Assembly: GCA_051294905.1 (NCBI GenBank)
Contig: CM119382.1
Span: 25,916,001 to 25,980,000 of the forward strand
Direction: 5' to 3'
DNA length: 64,000 bases
From: Botryllus schlosseri
Lineage: Eukaryota
Each line of letters opens with the position of its first letter. Positions within the stretch are counted from its first letter, which is position 1. The notes beneath the pieces were generated by a model. It was given only the letters and a program-made list of their open reading frames with translations. It did not search any database and was not told the origin of the DNA. Shown here one piece after another: positions 61,364-64,000 of the stretch. The position numbers and the translations under genes are program-made.

Positions 61364-62298
61364 GTTTATATTTTGTAATGCAATACCCACCCCTAGATGA
61401 TAAATGACTTTTTGGATATGACGAACAAAACCACTTGCGTTATAATCGCCAATCAAATAATAATCAACAACAACAATATATGCGAACTATTGGATATCAC
61501 CAAACATAGTTATAAAAAGTGGGTTTAGCAATACTTTAACTGAAAACTGAGCAGTCAACACAATGACTTGGACTCAGACTCGAGTCATAATAACATGACT
61601 CGGACTCGACTCCCTTCTTGCTGACTTGGACTCGGACTTGATTCAGTTGTGAATTGAAAATAACTCGAATTGACTCGAGTCAAAACTATAAAAGCGAGAT
61701 TGACTTGTGAATTGGAACCTTGTGACTTGGTTGTAACCATGCAGATAAAACAATCAGACCTCACACATTTCTGTAGTAGGCAAGTATATTTCTTGGCGGA
61801 TTTGAAAAATGTTTCTCCATCTCATCTCCAATGAAAATACGCAAAAAAACGACGAACTAAGGATTTGCGGCGATAAAACTGCGCAGCCGGGTTATTATCG
61901 CTGTCGGCGTTTCGTAAAGATGTCCGATGTATCGATTGCAACCAACCGGCGTGGTCGTCAGACACCCGAATTGTTCGTACTCTGTGATACAAGAATTATT
62001 GGTCAGTGTTTCCGTTCCGACGGGTTGATTTTTGAGCATTAAGGAGTAAATTCAGTTTATTTTTGTCTGACCTATTGAGATGCTCTGTCGTTCATAGCTG
62101 ACAACCTCATATCAAATCATAATTGAATCTCATAAGCATGAGAATGGCGAATTCCTATACAGTATACACCTACCTTGGCTTGAGTCGCGCTATACAGTTG
62201 TCCCGTAGCATTTTCAGGAAAGCGGGAAGCAGAATTACAATTAATTAGAGTATAGAAATATTTCACAAATTACATTAGAATAAGATTATCGGTATGAG

Positions 62299-63111
62299 TA
62301 GGGCGATTTTTTTGACTTGTCAAAAAAAGTCAAAATTTTGTCAAAATTGTTGTAGCTTTAGGTCAACAAATGTCAAAATTGTTTCCAAAGTCAAAATGTT
62401 TTGCAACCTGCTTATCATTTGACATTTTGCAGCTCGTAGCCTACTTTACGCATTGTCTGCTCATGGTGAATCATAAACATTCAAATAAAACAAATAGGTT
62501 GACTTGGTGTTATGCTCAACGTACCGCAATATCCTAACTGAAGCAAAGCTGCGTGGGAATTGCATGGTTCTTATATCAAGAAGCGCATGATGAAAAATTG
62601 TGAGGTAGACACCATTGTCAGAATGAAGCAACACTGTGTGTCACCATCAGTGTACGTACAACTTCGTGTTGTCAGCCAACAACTGCTGCTGCTGAACATT
62701 CTTTCTCCATTCTTGGCCAGCTACTTAGTAATGACAGACCCTTTCTACCCGAGAATGTAGGAAAGTATCTTTCGTTGTACTACAACAAATTTTAATTATT
62801 TCTACGACCATTATACGTGATGTAACTACTGGAATTCATCATAGGCCCAGATTTCGTCAAAATAAAAGTTTTTTCATGTAAAAATTTGTCAGTTTTCAAG
62901 TCGAATAGTTTTTACAGGCCAAACTACCTCGAAAGGACAGACAGTGGCAACCAGAGATGAAGATAAGTAGTACAATTCTAACATTATGTGGGGGAAAACA
63001 CCTAATTTTCATACGTTAGGTCAAAATTAGGTTTTCCAAGGTAAAAAAATGTCTAAATTTTTATTTTTTAGCGCAAAATCTTCCGTTTTGTAGGTAGAAA
63101 AAATCGCCCTA
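62299..63111 (+). mobile_element. Deleted hAT element with a C-terminal transposase remnant
   Basis: TIR TAGGGCGATTTTT/AAAAATCGCCCTA. CQPTTAAAEHSFSILGQLLSNDRPF at about 62670-62750. TSD is only partial. Confidence 0.7.
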
Positions 63112-64000
63112 ATGATGAGGTATGCAATCAGTATGCAGTAATCTTCTCAAATTGAGAAAAAAATTGACGAAAATTCAAATAAATTCACAATTTTTTTCAA
63201 TTTGAAATGAAATCGCATGAAATTCACTGATACATCTTTTTTCAACTGAATTTTACCAAAAATCCCAAAAAAACTTGTATTAAATTGTCTCGAAATTTCA
63301 TTTTAAATGTTTTTAAATAATATTTATATATATATATATTTTTTATTTTAAGGTATTTTACTTTCTGCTACAAATTTCCTTTCCAGAGCCAGAAAGTAAT
63401 TAAAAAAATCGCGTGAAATTAACAAAAAAATTAATTTTAGGTCCCTAGAAATTCGCAAGGGAGTTCTCTTTGATGATCTTTTTTAAACTATATTTTTGGA
63501 AAATTTGCAATTTAGAACTATGTACAATGGAGAAATATGATCACATTAAAATAAACCCGAATATTTTTGACTGACACTCGTCACTTCTCTACTAGGTACT
63601 AACGAGAACCCCTGACGAGTGACAGCCGAAATTATTCGGGTTCATTTCAATATCAATGCATTGTTCAATTGTATATTGAAGTTCTGTACCTCAGAACCTC
63701 TTCATTTGCCAGATACAAATTAAAATACTCACTAGCAATGGCAGCGGTTGAGTCGACAGGCGATAGCGTGTTCATATCCACGGTAGACACGACGTAGATT
63801 CTGTCGATGTTGTTCACCAAATTCGATCTCATCAAGGAGTACGTGTTTGCAGTAAATGTGGCATCTAAAATATAGCGCAACGCAATGGTTACTGCAATGA
63901 CTCACGTGACCAAATATGGACGGACTTGTACAAACCACCTATCTAGTTAGTTGGCAGTCAATTAACTACTGAAAAGTGTGTAGTTTTAGTTTCAAAAAGT

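Larger units (their letters stand above)
42552..61475 (+). mobile_element. 5'-truncated I-clade/Jockey-type LINE (RT C-terminus + RNase H) split at TTAA into 42552-42863 and 60440-61475
   Basis: TSD ATATATGC at 42544-42551 and 61476-61483; (CAA)n tail. The halves join in frame as PPWTLRRARTDL-TLTSLQFQ. Confidence 0.8.

Overview
This is animal (probably marine invertebrate) genomic DNA at roughly 40% GC. Short GT-AG introns are present, no host gene is recognisable, and almost all of it resolves into stacked transposable elements. Main components: (1) two spliced SWIM zinc-finger genes of ISL2EU-type DNA transposons, one with a SAP domain; (2) a Mag-like Ty3/gypsy element (5411-10499) with a solo LTR inside pol; (3) THAP and PHD remnants; (4) a three-level nest of hAT non-autonomous elements (16381-21004); (5) a 1.38-kb LTR mini-element with identical LTRs and a single unusual repeat-containing ORF (23054-24434); (6) a Harbinger element with an intact spliced transposase; (7) an AcademX element (31668-37482); (8) CR1/L2 and Penelope fragments; (9) a very deep nest at 42.3-61.7 kb: I-clade LINE > Kolobok-type element > hAT MITE > hATm > ZMYM-type hAT > SINE and Ty3/gypsy > MITE. 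Most boundaries are supported by target-site duplications (TSDs) read from the sequence, and several split ORFs rejoin in frame once the inserts are removed. Family names rest on remembered motifs and terminal signatures, not database searches.
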